The translations under genes were made by a program, and so were the position numbers. Below the pieces are notes generated by a model. That model was not told the origin of the DNA, ran no database searches, and saw nothing but the letters and a program-made list of their open reading frames with translations. 64,000 nucleotides of DNA from Acidobacteriota bacterium (GTDB lineage Bacteria > Acidobacteriota > UBA6911 > RPQK01 > JADFOI01), in contig OY760074.1 in NCBI GenBank assembly GCA_963663035.1, positions 2,176,001-2,240,000 on the forward strand, written 5' to 3'. This document shows, piece after piece, positions 10,544 to 20,442 of the stretch. The first letter of the stretch is position 1. Every line of letters begins with the position of its first letter.

Positions 10544-11341
10544 GTGACAGCCAACTTGATCTCCAGGATATCTTCGGTGGCCAGAGAGGCAGCCCTGGAA
10601 GCCGGACAGATGCTGCTCTCCCATTTACAGACCGACTTTAAAATCTCCAAGAAGGGCCGCATCAATCTCGTCACAGAAATGGACCTGAAGGCTGAAAAGA
10701 TCATCGTCGATCGGATTCGTCTGGATTTTCCCGATCATGAGATCCTTGCTGAAGAGCGGGGTACCCAGGCTGGAACTGGTGATTGTAAGTGGATTATTGA
10801 TCCCTTGGATGGGACCACCAATTATGCCCATGGGTACCGGTTTTTCTGCGTGTCCATCGCCGTAGAAGTGGAGGGTCAGCTGACTGTGGGCGTGGTGTAC
10901 GACCCGGTGACCGAAGAATTCTTTTCAGCGAGAAAAGGTGAGGGTGCTACTTTGAATGGCCAGCCGATACAGGTCTCCACTGAAGATGTGTTGGTCGACA
11001 GCCTGCTGTGCACTGGCTTTTCCTATCAGAAAACAGAAATCCAGAGAAACCTGGAGCTGTTCGACCAAATCATCTTTCACTGCCGGGCGATCCGCCGCGA
11101 TGGTTCAGCGGCGCTGGATTTATGTTACGTGGCCTGTGGGCGATTTGATGGATTCTGGGAGTTGAGTTTGAATTGTTGGGACGTGGCTGCTGGTCGCTTG
11201 ATGGTGGAAGAAGCGGGTGGATATGTGACGGCTTTCGATGGGTCCCCCTGTACCATCTACGAACAGGAGCTTGTGGCCAGCAACGGCAAGATCCATTCCG
11301 CCATGTTGGAGTTTCTGGACCGCGGAAACGCTGACCGCTGA
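10544..11341 (+). CDS. suhB: inositol monophosphatase family protein
   Basis: WIIDPLDGTTNY, RRDGSAALD, WDVAAG. Confidence 0.92.
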   Translation: MTANLISRISSVAREAALEAGQMLLSHLQTDFKISKKGRINLVTEMDLKAEKIIVDRIRLDFPDHEILAEERGTQAGTGDCKWIIDPLDGTTNYAHGYRFFCVSIAVEVEGQLTVGVVYDPVTEEFFSARKGEGATLNGQPIQVSTEDVLVDSLLCTGFSYQKTEIQRNLELFDQIIFHCRAIRRDGSAALDLCYVACGRFDGFWELSLNCWDVAAGRLMVEEAGGYVTAFDGSPCTIYEQELVASNGKIHSAMLEFLDRGNADR

Positions 11342-11385
11342 CTCATTCTGAATTCTTCTTCTGGTCAGCAGTTAGTGGTCAGTGT

Positions 11386-11982
11386 TTATACGATCAGGTG
11401 TTTTTCTCTGCCGTAGGCTTCCGGGTGGTAGAACGGCGCAAAAGCGGCAGTCAAGGCAGTGACAAAGGAATCCTTTCGCGTCAGAATCTCTCGAGTCAGC
11501 ACTCCCCAGGTACCCTGCTTGTTTCCCACATCTGATTGGTTCCTGAAACGGTCGATAACAATCCCCAACTCAATCCCTCGATCGATGACCGGATCGGCAA
11601 TGGAGGAGGGAACATAGAGCCCACCACCGTGTCCGAAGAAGCCCAAATACCCGTCGGACACATAGGCCCAACTCTCCAAGAAGACCTGGCGTCGCGGCCC
11701 TTGAGAACCGATCACATTGAACCCACCTTCCAGCCCCACATAAAAAGTGGCTTCGGTCTTTTCTTTCTTCAATTGCAAGGCCATGTTTTCGGCGCGGCTA
11801 CGCGCGCCATTCATCAGATCGGAGACAGTCAAAGGCATGCTAGAAGTCCCATTTGAGACGTCATAACCGCTGAAGATCGCCTCTTCCTCAGGATCGCTGA
11901 GGATTTTGGATGCGAAGATCTTCCAGGCCTCTTTCACAGCCTCCACTTTGGGTTCCCGTGTACTGCCGATGGCGATCTTCAT
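11386..11982 (-). CDS. yjjX: inosine/xanthosine triphosphatase (YjjX family)
   Basis: IAIGSTREPKVEAV, GARSRA, VGLEGG, ELG, GTWGVLT. Confidence 0.85.
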   Translation of the reverse strand: MKIAIGSTREPKVEAVKEAWKIFASKILSDPEEEAIFSGYDVSNGTSSMPLTVSDLMNGARSRAENMALQLKKEKTEATFYVGLEGGFNVIGSQGPRRQVFLESWAYVSDGYLGFFGHGGGLYVPSSIADPVIDRGIELGIVIDRFRNQSDVGNKQGTWGVLTREILTRKDSFVTALTAAFAPFYHPEAYGREKHLIV

Positions 11983-12016
11983 CCAGCTTATTCTATGCCC
12001 TCGCTCTGACAGGGGA

Positions 12017-12060
12017 TCAGTGGTCAGCGGTTCTATTGTCAGTTGTCAGTTGTCAGTTGT
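12017..12060. repeat. TGTCAGT-type heptamer tandem repeat overlapping the uvrC stop codon
   Basis: tcagtggtcagcgg...ttgtcagttgtcagttgtcagttg. Confidence 0.8.
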
Positions 12061-13858
12061 TGAGCTTCTTCCTAATCACCCTTGCCAGTTTCTCTCCCAC
12101 GAATGGAACCAGTTCCTCCACACTGGCCTGGCGAATTTTGGCCATACTGCCAAAATTGCGCAACAGCCGCTTTTTCCGCTTTTCTCCGACGCCCGGAATC
12201 TGGTCCAATTCCGATTGAAAGTCACGCAGTGAACGCCGTTTCCGGTGATAGGTCACCGCAACACGATGGGCCTCATCACGGATCTCCTGGACCAGCTGAA
12301 GCACAGAAGAGGTGTGCGGCAAAACCAGCGGACTCTCCTGCCCTTGAACGAAAATGACCTCCTCACGTTTGGCAATACTGGCCAGCGGAACATCTTCAAT
12401 TCCCAGCTTGGAAAGGGCCTGGTAGGCAGAGTGAAGCTGTCCCTTTCCTCCATCAATCAAAATGAGGTCGGGCAAAGGGGCTTCTTCAGCCAGTACTCTG
12501 CGATAGCGCCTGTAGACAACTTCATAGATGGAAAGAACATCATCCGGTCCCTTGACCGTTTTGATTTTGAACTTTCGATACTGATCCTTTTTCATGACAC
12601 CCCCTTGGCACACGACCAGTGAGGCCACAGTTTCTGCCCCCTGTATATTGGAGACATCAAAGGCTTCAATCCACTTTGGACTCTCAGCAAGATCCAGTTC
12701 TTTCTGAAGCTTCTCCAAGACCTCCTGCTTGTTCGATCTGAGGAGCTTAAAACGTGTCTCGAAGGCGATCTTGGCGTTTCTTTCCACCAGCAGTAACAAA
12801 TCGTGTTTTTTCCCTTTTTGGGGCACCACGATTCGCACTCTCCGGCCCTTGCCATACTCGGATAGCTTCTGGCTCAGCCATTGACTCAGTAATTCCTGAT
12901 CTTCAATTTCAACTGGGAGGTAAATCTGGCGGGGGATAAATCCTGCAGTGAGATAGTACTGCTGCAGGGCAGCACCCAAGAATTGTGAGGGCTGGAAAAA
13001 ATCCAAATCTTCCCAGTAAAACTCGCGTTTTCCAACAATCTTCCCACCTCGCAGCGTAAAGAGCTGAAGTGCCGAGCGCCCTCCTTCCCGGTAGTAGGCA
13101 AAGACGTCAACATCTTCCTTACTGCTTTGGATTGCTTTCTGTTTTTCAGTCAGATCCCGCAACATTCCGATTCGGTCACGAAAAAAGGCGGCGGCCTCGT
13201 AGTGCTGCCTTTCAGAAGCCTCCATCATCTTTGCAGACAGGTTTCGCATCAGCTCTTTATTCTTTCCTTCCAGGAAAAGAACCACATCTTTGACGGACCG
13301 AGCGTACTCCTGCTGCGTGCAGAGACCTTGAACACAAGGACCCCAGCAGCGCTTGATGTGGTATTCCAGGCAGGGCCGGTCAAGGTTACCGTCAATGTCC
13401 AAAGTGCAGGTCCGCAGCAGAAAGTGGCGGTTGATGATTTTGATGGTGTTGCGTGCCAGGGATGCGGGCAAGACGGGGCCGAAGTAAAGAGCCCCGTCCT
13501 TGAGCACTCTCCGAGTCAAGAGCACCCGTGGATAAGGTTCGTTGACAGTCAGTTTGATATGCAGGAAGGCCTTGTCGTCCTTGAGGTTGACATTGAACTT
13601 GGGCTTTTGTTCTTTCACCAGGTTGCTCTCCAAAAAGAGAGCTTCCAGTTCATTGTCGGTCAGGATGTAATCCAGATCATGGATGTGCTCCTTGAGAACC
13701 TCGGTTTTCCGATCGAGTCCGCGAGAAGATTGAAAATAGGAGCGGACACGGTGCTTGAGACTTTTGGCTTTACCAATGTAGATTACTGTCTGGCTTGAAT
13801 CTTTGAAGAGATAGACACCCGGCCTGTCGGGAATGCTATCGAGCTTTTCCTCCAGCAC
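12053..13858 (-). CDS. uvrC: excinuclease ABC subunit C
   Basis: PGVYLF..IYIGKAKSL GIY-YIG domain, Cys cluster, UVR domain, FDVSN, IDGGKGQL, IRDEAHR, HhH. Confidence 0.97.
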   Translation of the reverse strand: MLEEKLDSIPDRPGVYLFKDSSQTVIYIGKAKSLKHRVRSYFQSSRGLDRKTEVLKEHIHDLDYILTDNELEALFLESNLVKEQKPKFNVNLKDDKAFLHIKLTVNEPYPRVLLTRRVLKDGALYFGPVLPASLARNTIKIINRHFLLRTCTLDIDGNLDRPCLEYHIKRCWGPCVQGLCTQQEYARSVKDVVLFLEGKNKELMRNLSAKMMEASERQHYEAAAFFRDRIGMLRDLTEKQKAIQSSKEDVDVFAYYREGGRSALQLFTLRGGKIVGKREFYWEDLDFFQPSQFLGAALQQYYLTAGFIPRQIYLPVEIEDQELLSQWLSQKLSEYGKGRRVRIVVPQKGKKHDLLLLVERNAKIAFETRFKLLRSNKQEVLEKLQKELDLAESPKWIEAFDVSNIQGAETVASLVVCQGGVMKKDQYRKFKIKTVKGPDDVLSIYEVVYRRYRRVLAEEAPLPDLILIDGGKGQLHSAYQALSKLGIEDVPLASIAKREEVIFVQGQESPLVLPHTSSVLQLVQEIRDEAHRVAVTYHRKRRSLRDFQSELDQIPGVGEKRKKRLLRNFGSMAKIRQASVEELVPFVGEKLARVIRKKLNN

Positions 13859-13864
13859 AGTGCA

Positions 13865-13870
13865 ATTATA
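13865..13870 (-). promoter_or_regulatory. -10 box TATAAT of uvrC, probably leaderless
   Basis: TATAAT with 6 nt between it and the GTG start; no SD. Confidence 0.55.
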
Positions 13871-13872
13871 TA

Positions 13873-14111
13873 AGACAGGAGGTAGGAGACAGGAGTCAGG
13901 AGGCAGAATTCTAAGCTCAAAGTTCAGAAACAGCAGCTGTCTGGACCCTTCTCCTGCCTCCTGTCTCCTGTCTCCTGCCTCCTGCCTCCTACCTCCTGCC
14001 TCCTGCCTCCTACCTCCTGCCTCCTGCCTCCTACCTCCTGCCTCCTACCTCCTGCCTCCTGTCCCCTGCCTCCTGTCCCCTGCCTCCTGTCCCCTGCCTC
14101 CTGCCTCCTGC
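13873..14111. repeat. composite heptamer repeat element: purine arm, spacer, 23 x CYCCTRY
   Basis: AGACAGGAGGTAGGAG... arm at 13873-13908; 23 tandem 7-mers at 13951-14111. Confidence 0.93.
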
Positions 14112-14155
14112 CTTCTCTCTTCTGACTTATTGTGATAAAGTGGCCTCAATCGTCT

Positions 14156-14797
14156 ATGAATCTTCCCAACTCCTTGACCGTATTTCGGATCTTTTTGATT
14201 CCTCTGCTGGTCGTCGTGCTTTTGACCGGACGCTTTTCAGACCGCGAGTTTTGGGGTTTTATCGTGTTTGTGGTCGCGGCTCTGACGGATTATCTCGATG
14301 GCTATCTTGCCCGAAAGCGACAGCAGGTCACGACCCTCGGCAAGCTCCTGGACCCGATTGCCGATAAGCTGTTGATATCAGCTGCCTTCATCTCCCTCGT
14401 TGAACTGCGCATCGCCCCTGCCTGGATGGTGGTCATCATCGTTGGAAGGGAATTTGCTGTCACTGGCCTGCGCAGTATTGCGGCATCTGAAGGTTTCACC
14501 ATCGACGCCTCCCGACTTGGAAAATCGAAGATGGCAAGTCAGGTGGTGTGTGTCAGTCTCTTGATCCTGGGATGGCGTTTTCCTGAGACCTCTTTCACCA
14601 CCGCAGGCATCGTTTTCCTGTGGGTGGTGGTCGTGCTGGCCACCGTATCCATGATCCAGTACTTTAGAAAATTCTGGAGCCAGATCGACGAAAGTGTCAA
14701 ATATCGCAAACGCCGCGCCTACCGACGCCCCATCCAACTTCTACGAAGGCGTCGCAAAGGCTTGGGTGCACTAGTCAACACGGGAAAAGCATCTTGA
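14156..14797 (+). CDS. pgsA: CDP-diacylglycerol--glycerol-3-phosphate 3-phosphatidyltransferase
   Basis: MNLPNSLT, DYLDGYLAR..GKLLDPIADK, GRE. Confidence 0.94.
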   Translation: MNLPNSLTVFRIFLIPLLVVVLLTGRFSDREFWGFIVFVVAALTDYLDGYLARKRQQVTTLGKLLDPIADKLLISAAFISLVELRIAPAWMVVIIVGREFAVTGLRSIAASEGFTIDASRLGKSKMASQVVCVSLLILGWRFPETSFTTAGIVFLWVVVVLATVSMIQYFRKFWSQIDESVKYRKRRAYRRPIQLLRRRRKGLGALVNTGKAS

Positions 14798-14822
14798 ACT
14801 GGTGCGGATCAAGCTCGGCTGA

Positions 14823-16271
14823 ATGATCAATCTTTGTCTCACTCTTGCAGAAGCTTCCTCTGCCGCCTTGACAGAGAAAATTGCCCGATACCTAGGTCAG
14901 GTTCGCTATATCGAGGTTCGCTTGGATCACCTGGCCGAGCCAAACCTACCCTCAGTCCCCTCCGGCCAGGGCACTGATTTCATCGCCACCTGTCGTCCTC
15001 GACGCGAGGGGGGCCGTTACCAAGGGGAAGAAAGAGATCGCCTGAACCTGCTGCAAAAAGCCGCCCACTCGGGCTTCTCTTGGTTAGATCTGGAACACGA
15101 TGTGGGGGAGACCCTGCTCATTCCCTCGTCGACTCGGATCGTGCGATCCTACCATTGCTTTGACCGTTTTCCCGAAGATTTGTCTTCTCGTTTTCAGAGC
15201 ATGACTGAAACAGGTGGGGATGTGATGAAACTAGCCGTCTCCGTCACCACGACACAGCAACTGGCCACATTGCTCGAGTGGATGGAATCGATGCTGAAGG
15301 TGGCTCCCTGCGTCATCCTGGGGATGGGAGATCTGGGGCAACCTTCCCGATTACTGGGAGGACTTTTGGGAAACTTCTGGACCTACGTAGCGGAAGACGA
15401 GCGAAGTAAGGTCGCCCCCGGGCAACCTACGCTCAAGAACGCTATCGAATGTTACCAGCTGCCCAACTGGAGGAGCGATCCCGCTATCTATGGCTTATTA
15501 GGGAATCCTATAGCACACTCGCTGTCACCGGTTATTCACAACCGGCTTTTCCAGCACTATCAATTGGAAAAAGTCTATCTACCCTTCCCACTTGACGATG
15601 TTGAAACCTGGTTTAAATACATCAGGAACAGCCGGCTTCCCTTCCAGGGATTCAGTGTGACGTTACCTTTCAAAACCGACGTCCTGAAGGTTGTCCAGGT
15701 GAAGAGGTCTCCCGTCGAGTCCCTAAACACACTAACGAAGAAAGGCTCGCGGTGGGAGGGCCTGAACACCGACTACGACGGATTTCTGGCTGCGCTGAAG
15801 TCATCTTTCTCGCTCAAGGGCAAAACGGCAGTTGTTCTGGGGAATGGCGGTGTTGCCCATACCGTAGTGAAGGCCCTTCAAGACCAGGGGACGGAGGTTA
15901 CGGTAGTTGGACGAGATCGGGAAAGGGTGTCCCGCTTCGCCAATAGCTACGGATGCCGCTCTGCCTTGTTTTCTGATTTGCCCATTGCCGCTGATATCTG
16001 TGTGAATGCCACTCCTGTTGGACAATTTCCCAATTCCCAGGATTCTCCTCTACAGAAAGATCAACTCGACTTTGAACTGATCTATGACTTGGTTTATCGT
16101 CCCGAGCAAACTCGGGTGCTGGAGTTGGCACGTCTCCAGGGTCTAAAGACCATCTCCGGGATGGAGATGTTCGTTGAGCAGGCGGCTCTTCAATTTGCCG
16201 CCTGGACTGGCATTTCTCCCGAGCGGGAAATGCTGAGGGAGATCATTCGGGAGACAGTAGGGGACCACTGA
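14823..16271 (+). CDS. aroDE: bifunctional type I 3-dehydroquinate dehydratase / shikimate dehydrogenase
   Basis: EVRLD, SYH, DVMKLA, MG, APGQ (AroD); GNPIAHSLSP, SVTLPFK, NTD, NATP, YDLVY, QA (AroE). Confidence 0.92.
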   Translation: MINLCLTLAEASSAALTEKIARYLGQVRYIEVRLDHLAEPNLPSVPSGQGTDFIATCRPRREGGRYQGEERDRLNLLQKAAHSGFSWLDLEHDVGETLLIPSSTRIVRSYHCFDRFPEDLSSRFQSMTETGGDVMKLAVSVTTTQQLATLLEWMESMLKVAPCVILGMGDLGQPSRLLGGLLGNFWTYVAEDERSKVAPGQPTLKNAIECYQLPNWRSDPAIYGLLGNPIAHSLSPVIHNRLFQHYQLEKVYLPFPLDDVETWFKYIRNSRLPFQGFSVTLPFKTDVLKVVQVKRSPVESLNTLTKKGSRWEGLNTDYDGFLAALKSSFSLKGKTAVVLGNGGVAHTVVKALQDQGTEVTVVGRDRERVSRFANSYGCRSALFSDLPIAADICVNATPVGQFPNSQDSPLQKDQLDFELIYDLVYRPEQTRVLELARLQGLKTISGMEMFVEQAALQFAAWTGISPEREMLREIIRETVGDH

Positions 16272-16301
16272 CAACTGACAGCCGATGGATGATAATTGAC
16301 T

Positions 16302-17246
16302 ATGGCCCGTGATTCCTTCTCCGTTCGAGTTCCTGCCAGCACCAGTAATCTGGGGTCTGGTTTTGATACCGTTTCTGCGGCCTTGAGTCTTTACTTGACG
16401 GTTCAGGTCGAGCCAACGGCTGGGAAACAGATCGAATGGGTTCAAGACGAAAGCTCAGGCTTCTCATTTGCTGAGGAAGATAATCTGATTTCTCGGTCTT
16501 TGCATGAAGCCTTCTCGATTCTAGGATCCCAACCCCCTGGCCTGCGCATCAGCATGGAGAACCCCGTCCCACTCAGCCGGGGACTGGGAAGCAGTGCAGC
16601 AGCCATCATAGCCGGTATCAAGATAGCGGAATTCGTCAGCGGTTCCACCTTCGATGCAGACCAGATCTTCCAGGTTGCCTATCCACTGGAAGGCCATCCC
16701 GACAATCTGGCAGCCAGCCTCCTGGGAGGTTGGGTGGTGTCCTGGGTGAGCGACACTCAAATGCAGGCTCAAAAACTCCTCTCCACCTTGTCCTGCCGAT
16801 TTGTCCTGGCGATTCCCCAGACAAGGATCTCGACTCGTGAAGCCCGGGCTATCTTACCGAAAAGCTACTCTCTTCAAGATGCCACCTACAATCTGCAGCG
16901 CTGTGCGCTGCTGATTCACGCATTGAACAGCGGACGGAAAGATCTGCTGCGGGAAGCCACTTCTGACCGGCTCCACCAAAGCTTTCGCGCACAGCTCGTT
17001 CCAGGTATGAAACAGCTGCTCAACCTGGAAAATCTTGACCCTGAGCTTGCAGGCTCTCTGTTGGGGATTTCTATTAGCGGTTCCGGCTCAGCTGCAATCG
17101 CACTGGCTGATGATCACCATGACGAGATCGCACGCTGGATGCTCGAAACACTTTCAGCAGAGGACACCCAGGCCAGTTCTCGAGTGCTCGATCTGGACAC
17201 AACTGGCGCTCAGGTCCTTCCAGGCGATGGTACAATCAAACCATGA
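16302..17246 (+). CDS. thrB: homoserine kinase
   Basis: PASTSNLGSGFD, PLSRGLGSSAA, EGHPDN, DRLHQ, SGSG. Confidence 0.93.
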   Translation: MARDSFSVRVPASTSNLGSGFDTVSAALSLYLTVQVEPTAGKQIEWVQDESSGFSFAEEDNLISRSLHEAFSILGSQPPGLRISMENPVPLSRGLGSSAAAIIAGIKIAEFVSGSTFDADQIFQVAYPLEGHPDNLAASLLGGWVVSWVSDTQMQAQKLLSTLSCRFVLAIPQTRISTREARAILPKSYSLQDATYNLQRCALLIHALNSGRKDLLREATSDRLHQSFRAQLVPGMKQLLNLENLDPELAGSLLGISISGSGSAAIALADDHHDEIARWMLETLSAEDTQASSRVLDLDTTGAQVLPGDGTIKP

Positions 17247-18259
17247 AAGAGCGATATTCCCGCCAGATTCTCTTTTCTGCCATCGGAGAAGCAGGACAGA
17301 AAAAGATTCGGGCCTCTCAGGTCGTGCTCGTCGGCTGTGGGGCCCTGGGAACGGTCAGCTCGGAGATGTTAACGAGGGCCGGTGTGGGCAAGTTGACCTT
17401 GATCGACCGTGACTTCGTCGAAGAAAGCAATCTTCAGCGGCAGAGCCTCTTTACCGAACAAGACGCTCAGCGGGGACTTCCAAAGGCGGCCGCTGCCCAA
17501 AGAGCGCTCCGTGCCATCAATTCCGATGTAGAAGTCAAGGGAGTGATCGAAGACGTCACCTGGCAGAACATCGACAAGTTGTGCCAAGGGTGTGACCTCA
17601 TTATGGATGGCACGGACAACTTTGAGACCCGCTTTCTGATCAATGACTTCGCAGTCAAGCGAGAGATCCCCTGGATTTATGGAGCTTGTGTGGGAAGTTA
17701 TGGAGTGGCCTTTGCCTTCCAGCCTAAGATTTCAGCCTGTCTCCAATGCCTGTTTGAGAAACCGACGGAAGTCGGAACGACAGAAACCTGTGATACTGCG
17801 GGGATCCTTGCTTCAATCGTTCATGTCATCGCAGCTTTTCAGGTTGCCCAGGGAATGAAGCTTTTGGTTGGAGAGTCTCCCTCTCAGGAAATTCTCCAAA
17901 TTGATGTGTGGAGCGGAATTTGGCAGACGATAGCAGCCGCAAGAGCGCGCAGCTCCGAGTGTGGGTGTTGTGGTCAACACCAATTTCGCTTTCTGGAAGG
18001 ACAGGAGGAGGCACAGCTGACACGCTTGTGTGGTCGCAACGCGGTTCAGATCTGTCCGCCCCGCACGACCCGTTCAGACTTTCAGAAAATCTCCAAACGC
18101 CTGGACAAGACTGCCCAAGTCGATTTGAATGAATTCTTGATGAAGATTCGAGTTGACGGGTACGAAATTGCGCTGTTTTCCGATGGGCGCTCCATCATTC
18201 GAGGAACGAACGACTTCACCGAGGCTCGAGCCGTCTATGCCAAATATATTGGAAATTGA
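17243..18259 (+). CDS. ThiF/MoeB family adenylyltransferase
   Basis: RYSRQ, GCGALG, DRDFVEESNLQRQ, DGTDNFETR, CLQC, TCDTAG, LCGRNAVQ. Confidence 0.9.
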   Translation: MKERYSRQILFSAIGEAGQKKIRASQVVLVGCGALGTVSSEMLTRAGVGKLTLIDRDFVEESNLQRQSLFTEQDAQRGLPKAAAAQRALRAINSDVEVKGVIEDVTWQNIDKLCQGCDLIMDGTDNFETRFLINDFAVKREIPWIYGACVGSYGVAFAFQPKISACLQCLFEKPTEVGTTETCDTAGILASIVHVIAAFQVAQGMKLLVGESPSQEILQIDVWSGIWQTIAAARARSSECGCCGQHQFRFLEGQEEAQLTRLCGRNAVQICPPRTTRSDFQKISKRLDKTAQVDLNEFLMKIRVDGYEIALFSDGRSIIRGTNDFTEARAVYAKYIGN

Positions 18260-18301
18260 ATGAAATAGGAGACAGGAGGTCTGAGTCAGGAGATAGAGAA
18301 T

Positions 18302-19123
18302 ATGAGAATCAAAAAGTCGGAATCCCGAATCCAGGTGTCAGGTGTTAGCTGTCAGCTGTCAGCTGTCAGTTGTCTGCTGCTCCTTGTCTGTTTTCAGTTC
18401 TCAATCCTTACGGCGAAGGCCGCACAACACCCCAAAGCCACTGAAGTCGTAGCGGCCGCTATTGAGGCAATGGGGGGAAAGAACTACCTGGAGGTCAAGA
18501 ATTATCACAAGATTGGGCGATACTTCATCTTCGATCAGAGGGGTCGTAGCAGCTTCACGAATTTCTCTGACTGGACAGTCTTGGAACCCATAAAATGGCG
18601 CTTCCAGCTAGGAGAGGACAAGCGCCAGCAAGTACAGATCTACAATCTGGAGATTGGAAAAGGATGGACCCTCGAGGGAGAGAGCTCAGTGGAAGAAATA
18701 ACTGAGGAGGAGGTACGGGAGTTTGAAGTGGAGGTCCAGAGAGACATCGATATTCTCCTGAGAGAGCGCGTGGATGAAGAAGGCATGAGTCTTTTTTACT
18801 ATGGGCCGGAGGAAATTGCCGGTTCAGGCGAGTACGAAGCCGTAGAATTTCTCGATGCCACCAATTTCTCGGTGGTGATCTTTTTTGACCTGCAGAGCCA
18901 TCTTCCATCGAAAATGGAGACTTACGTCACCAATAGGGCAGGGGTTCGTCAGAAACATGAAACTGAATTTGCCAACTGGCACACCATTCAGGGAGTTCAC
19001 ACTCCCCTGCGTAGTGACCACTTCACTGACGGAGAGATGTCGAGACAGATTTTCATTCAAGAGGTCACCTTCGATGAAGATATTCCTCCCACATACTTCC
19101 TGGAACCCCAGCCGGAGAAGTAA
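18302..19123 (+). CDS. exported beta-rich hypothetical protein (LolA/lipoprotein-sorting-like fold possible)
   Basis: AGGAG SD; signal peptide ending AKA; AIEAMGG N-terminal motif; FANWHTIQGVHTP C-terminal pattern. Confidence 0.7.
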   Translation: MRIKKSESRIQVSGVSCQLSAVSCLLLLVCFQFSILTAKAAQHPKATEVVAAAIEAMGGKNYLEVKNYHKIGRYFIFDQRGRSSFTNFSDWTVLEPIKWRFQLGEDKRQQVQIYNLEIGKGWTLEGESSVEEITEEEVREFEVEVQRDIDILLRERVDEEGMSLFYYGPEEIAGSGEYEAVEFLDATNFSVVIFFDLQSHLPSKMETYVTNRAGVRQKHETEFANWHTIQGVHTPLRSDHFTDGEMSRQIFIQEVTFDEDIPPTYFLEPQPEK

Positions 19124-19333
19124 CGCGAAGCGGCTGACAACAATGATCCGCTGAGAACCTTCTGATCCTAGACTGTATCTTCCATACAACATTCTTGTGG
19201 CACACCGGCTACAGTCAAACTGGCACTGAAACTGTACAATGCCCATGTCTCTTGTGTTTTAATCTTTGGTTCACTTCTTGCTTGAAGGTTTCCTGTTCCG
19301 GCAAAGACTAACAGTTGAGTTGAGACTACTCAT

Positions 19334-20245
19334 ATGCAAACAACCATCAGGAAGCCGGTTAAAATCTCCGGAATCGGCCTTCACACTGGTTGTCAGGTAT
19401 CGCTGGAGTTAAACCCAGCACCAGCGAACACCGGGATCGTCTTCCGGCGTGTGGATCTCCAAAAGTTCCAAATCGAAGCCTTACGCAAACGGGTTTCCCG
19501 TGTTGTCTTGGCCACCACGCTGATGAAACGCGGGGTAATGCTCTCAACGGTGGAACACCTCTTATCTGCTCTTTTCGGCCTCGGTCTCGACAACCTGTAC
19601 ATCGACATCAACTCCCTGGAGGTCCCCATTCTGGATGGCTCCGCACTCCCGTTCGTGGAGATGGTGAAAAAGGCGCTGATTCAGCAACAAGACCAGCACC
19701 GGACCTTTCTGAAAGTTCGAAAACCCTTTCGTTTACAGGATGGAGACAAGTTTATTTCAGTTGAACCTTGGCCGACTCTCCGAATCTCCTATGAAATTGA
19801 TTTCACCCATCCAGCCATCGGTCAGCAGGTGCTGGACGTGGAGATGACGCCTGAGATCTACGCCAAAGAGATCGCTTTCGCGCGAACCTTTGGTTTCTAT
19901 TCGGAAGTAGAGGACTTACGCAGAAAAGGACTCATTCGAGGCGGATCCTTTGAGAATGCTGTGGTTTTAAGCGATACGGAAGTCATGAACGGGCCCCTGC
20001 GCTCTCCAGACGAGTTTGTCCGGCACAAGATGCTGGACCTGATCGGTGACATTTCCCTGTGTGGTTTTCCTCTCGTTTGCCACATCAGGGCTGTCAAAGC
20101 GGGCCACGCTCTGCACACTGACCTGGCAACGGTCCTGGCACGTGATCCCACACTGTGCCAAAAGGTCGAGGAGTCTGAGGTTACCCTCCCAGGCAGTCAA
20201 CTTTTAGTCCAGACAGGAGGTAGGAGTCAGCCAGACAGGAGGTAG
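19334..20245 (+). CDS. lpxC: UDP-3-O-acyl-N-acetylglucosamine deacetylase
   Basis: GIGLHTG, STVEHLLSA, EVPILDGSA, ARTFGF, RHKMLDLIGD, GH. Confidence 0.96.
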   Translation: MQTTIRKPVKISGIGLHTGCQVSLELNPAPANTGIVFRRVDLQKFQIEALRKRVSRVVLATTLMKRGVMLSTVEHLLSALFGLGLDNLYIDINSLEVPILDGSALPFVEMVKKALIQQQDQHRTFLKVRKPFRLQDGDKFISVEPWPTLRISYEIDFTHPAIGQQVLDVEMTPEIYAKEIAFARTFGFYSEVEDLRRKGLIRGGSFENAVVLSDTEVMNGPLRSPDEFVRHKMLDLIGDISLCGFPLVCHIRAVKAGHALHTDLATVLARDPTLCQKVEESEVTLPGSQLLVQTGGRSQPDRR

Positions 20246-20442
20246 GAGTCAGGAGAAAGAATCCAGAATCCGAAACATCTCTGGACCCAGGAACCACAGA
20301 CACTTGGCAACAGACCAGTGTGCCTCCTACCTCCTACCTCCTACCTCCTACCTCCTACCTCCTACCTCCTACCTCCTACCTCCTACCTCCTGCCTCCTGC
20401 CTCCTACCTCCTGCCTCCTGTCCCCTGTCCCCTCCCTCCTGC
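20211..20442. repeat. composite heptamer repeat element: purine arm, spacer, about 17 x CTCCTRC
   Basis: AGACAGGAGGTAGGAGTCAG twice at 20211-20252; tandem 7-mers at 20324-20442, the first 9 being perfect CTCCTAC. Confidence 0.93.

Noticed and set aside
13951-14111. CRISPR array or Pro/Leu/Cys-rich protein (ORF 13833-14135)
   Set aside because: 7-nt tandem units with no spacers and no cas genes; the ORF is just the translated repeat
14823-16271. aroD-aroE fusion as a novelty
   Set aside because: Already known from several bacterial phyla and plants
19198-19245. Sigma-54 promoter before lpxC (two TGGCAC)
   Set aside because: Neither copy has GC at the -12 position (AC and GT instead)
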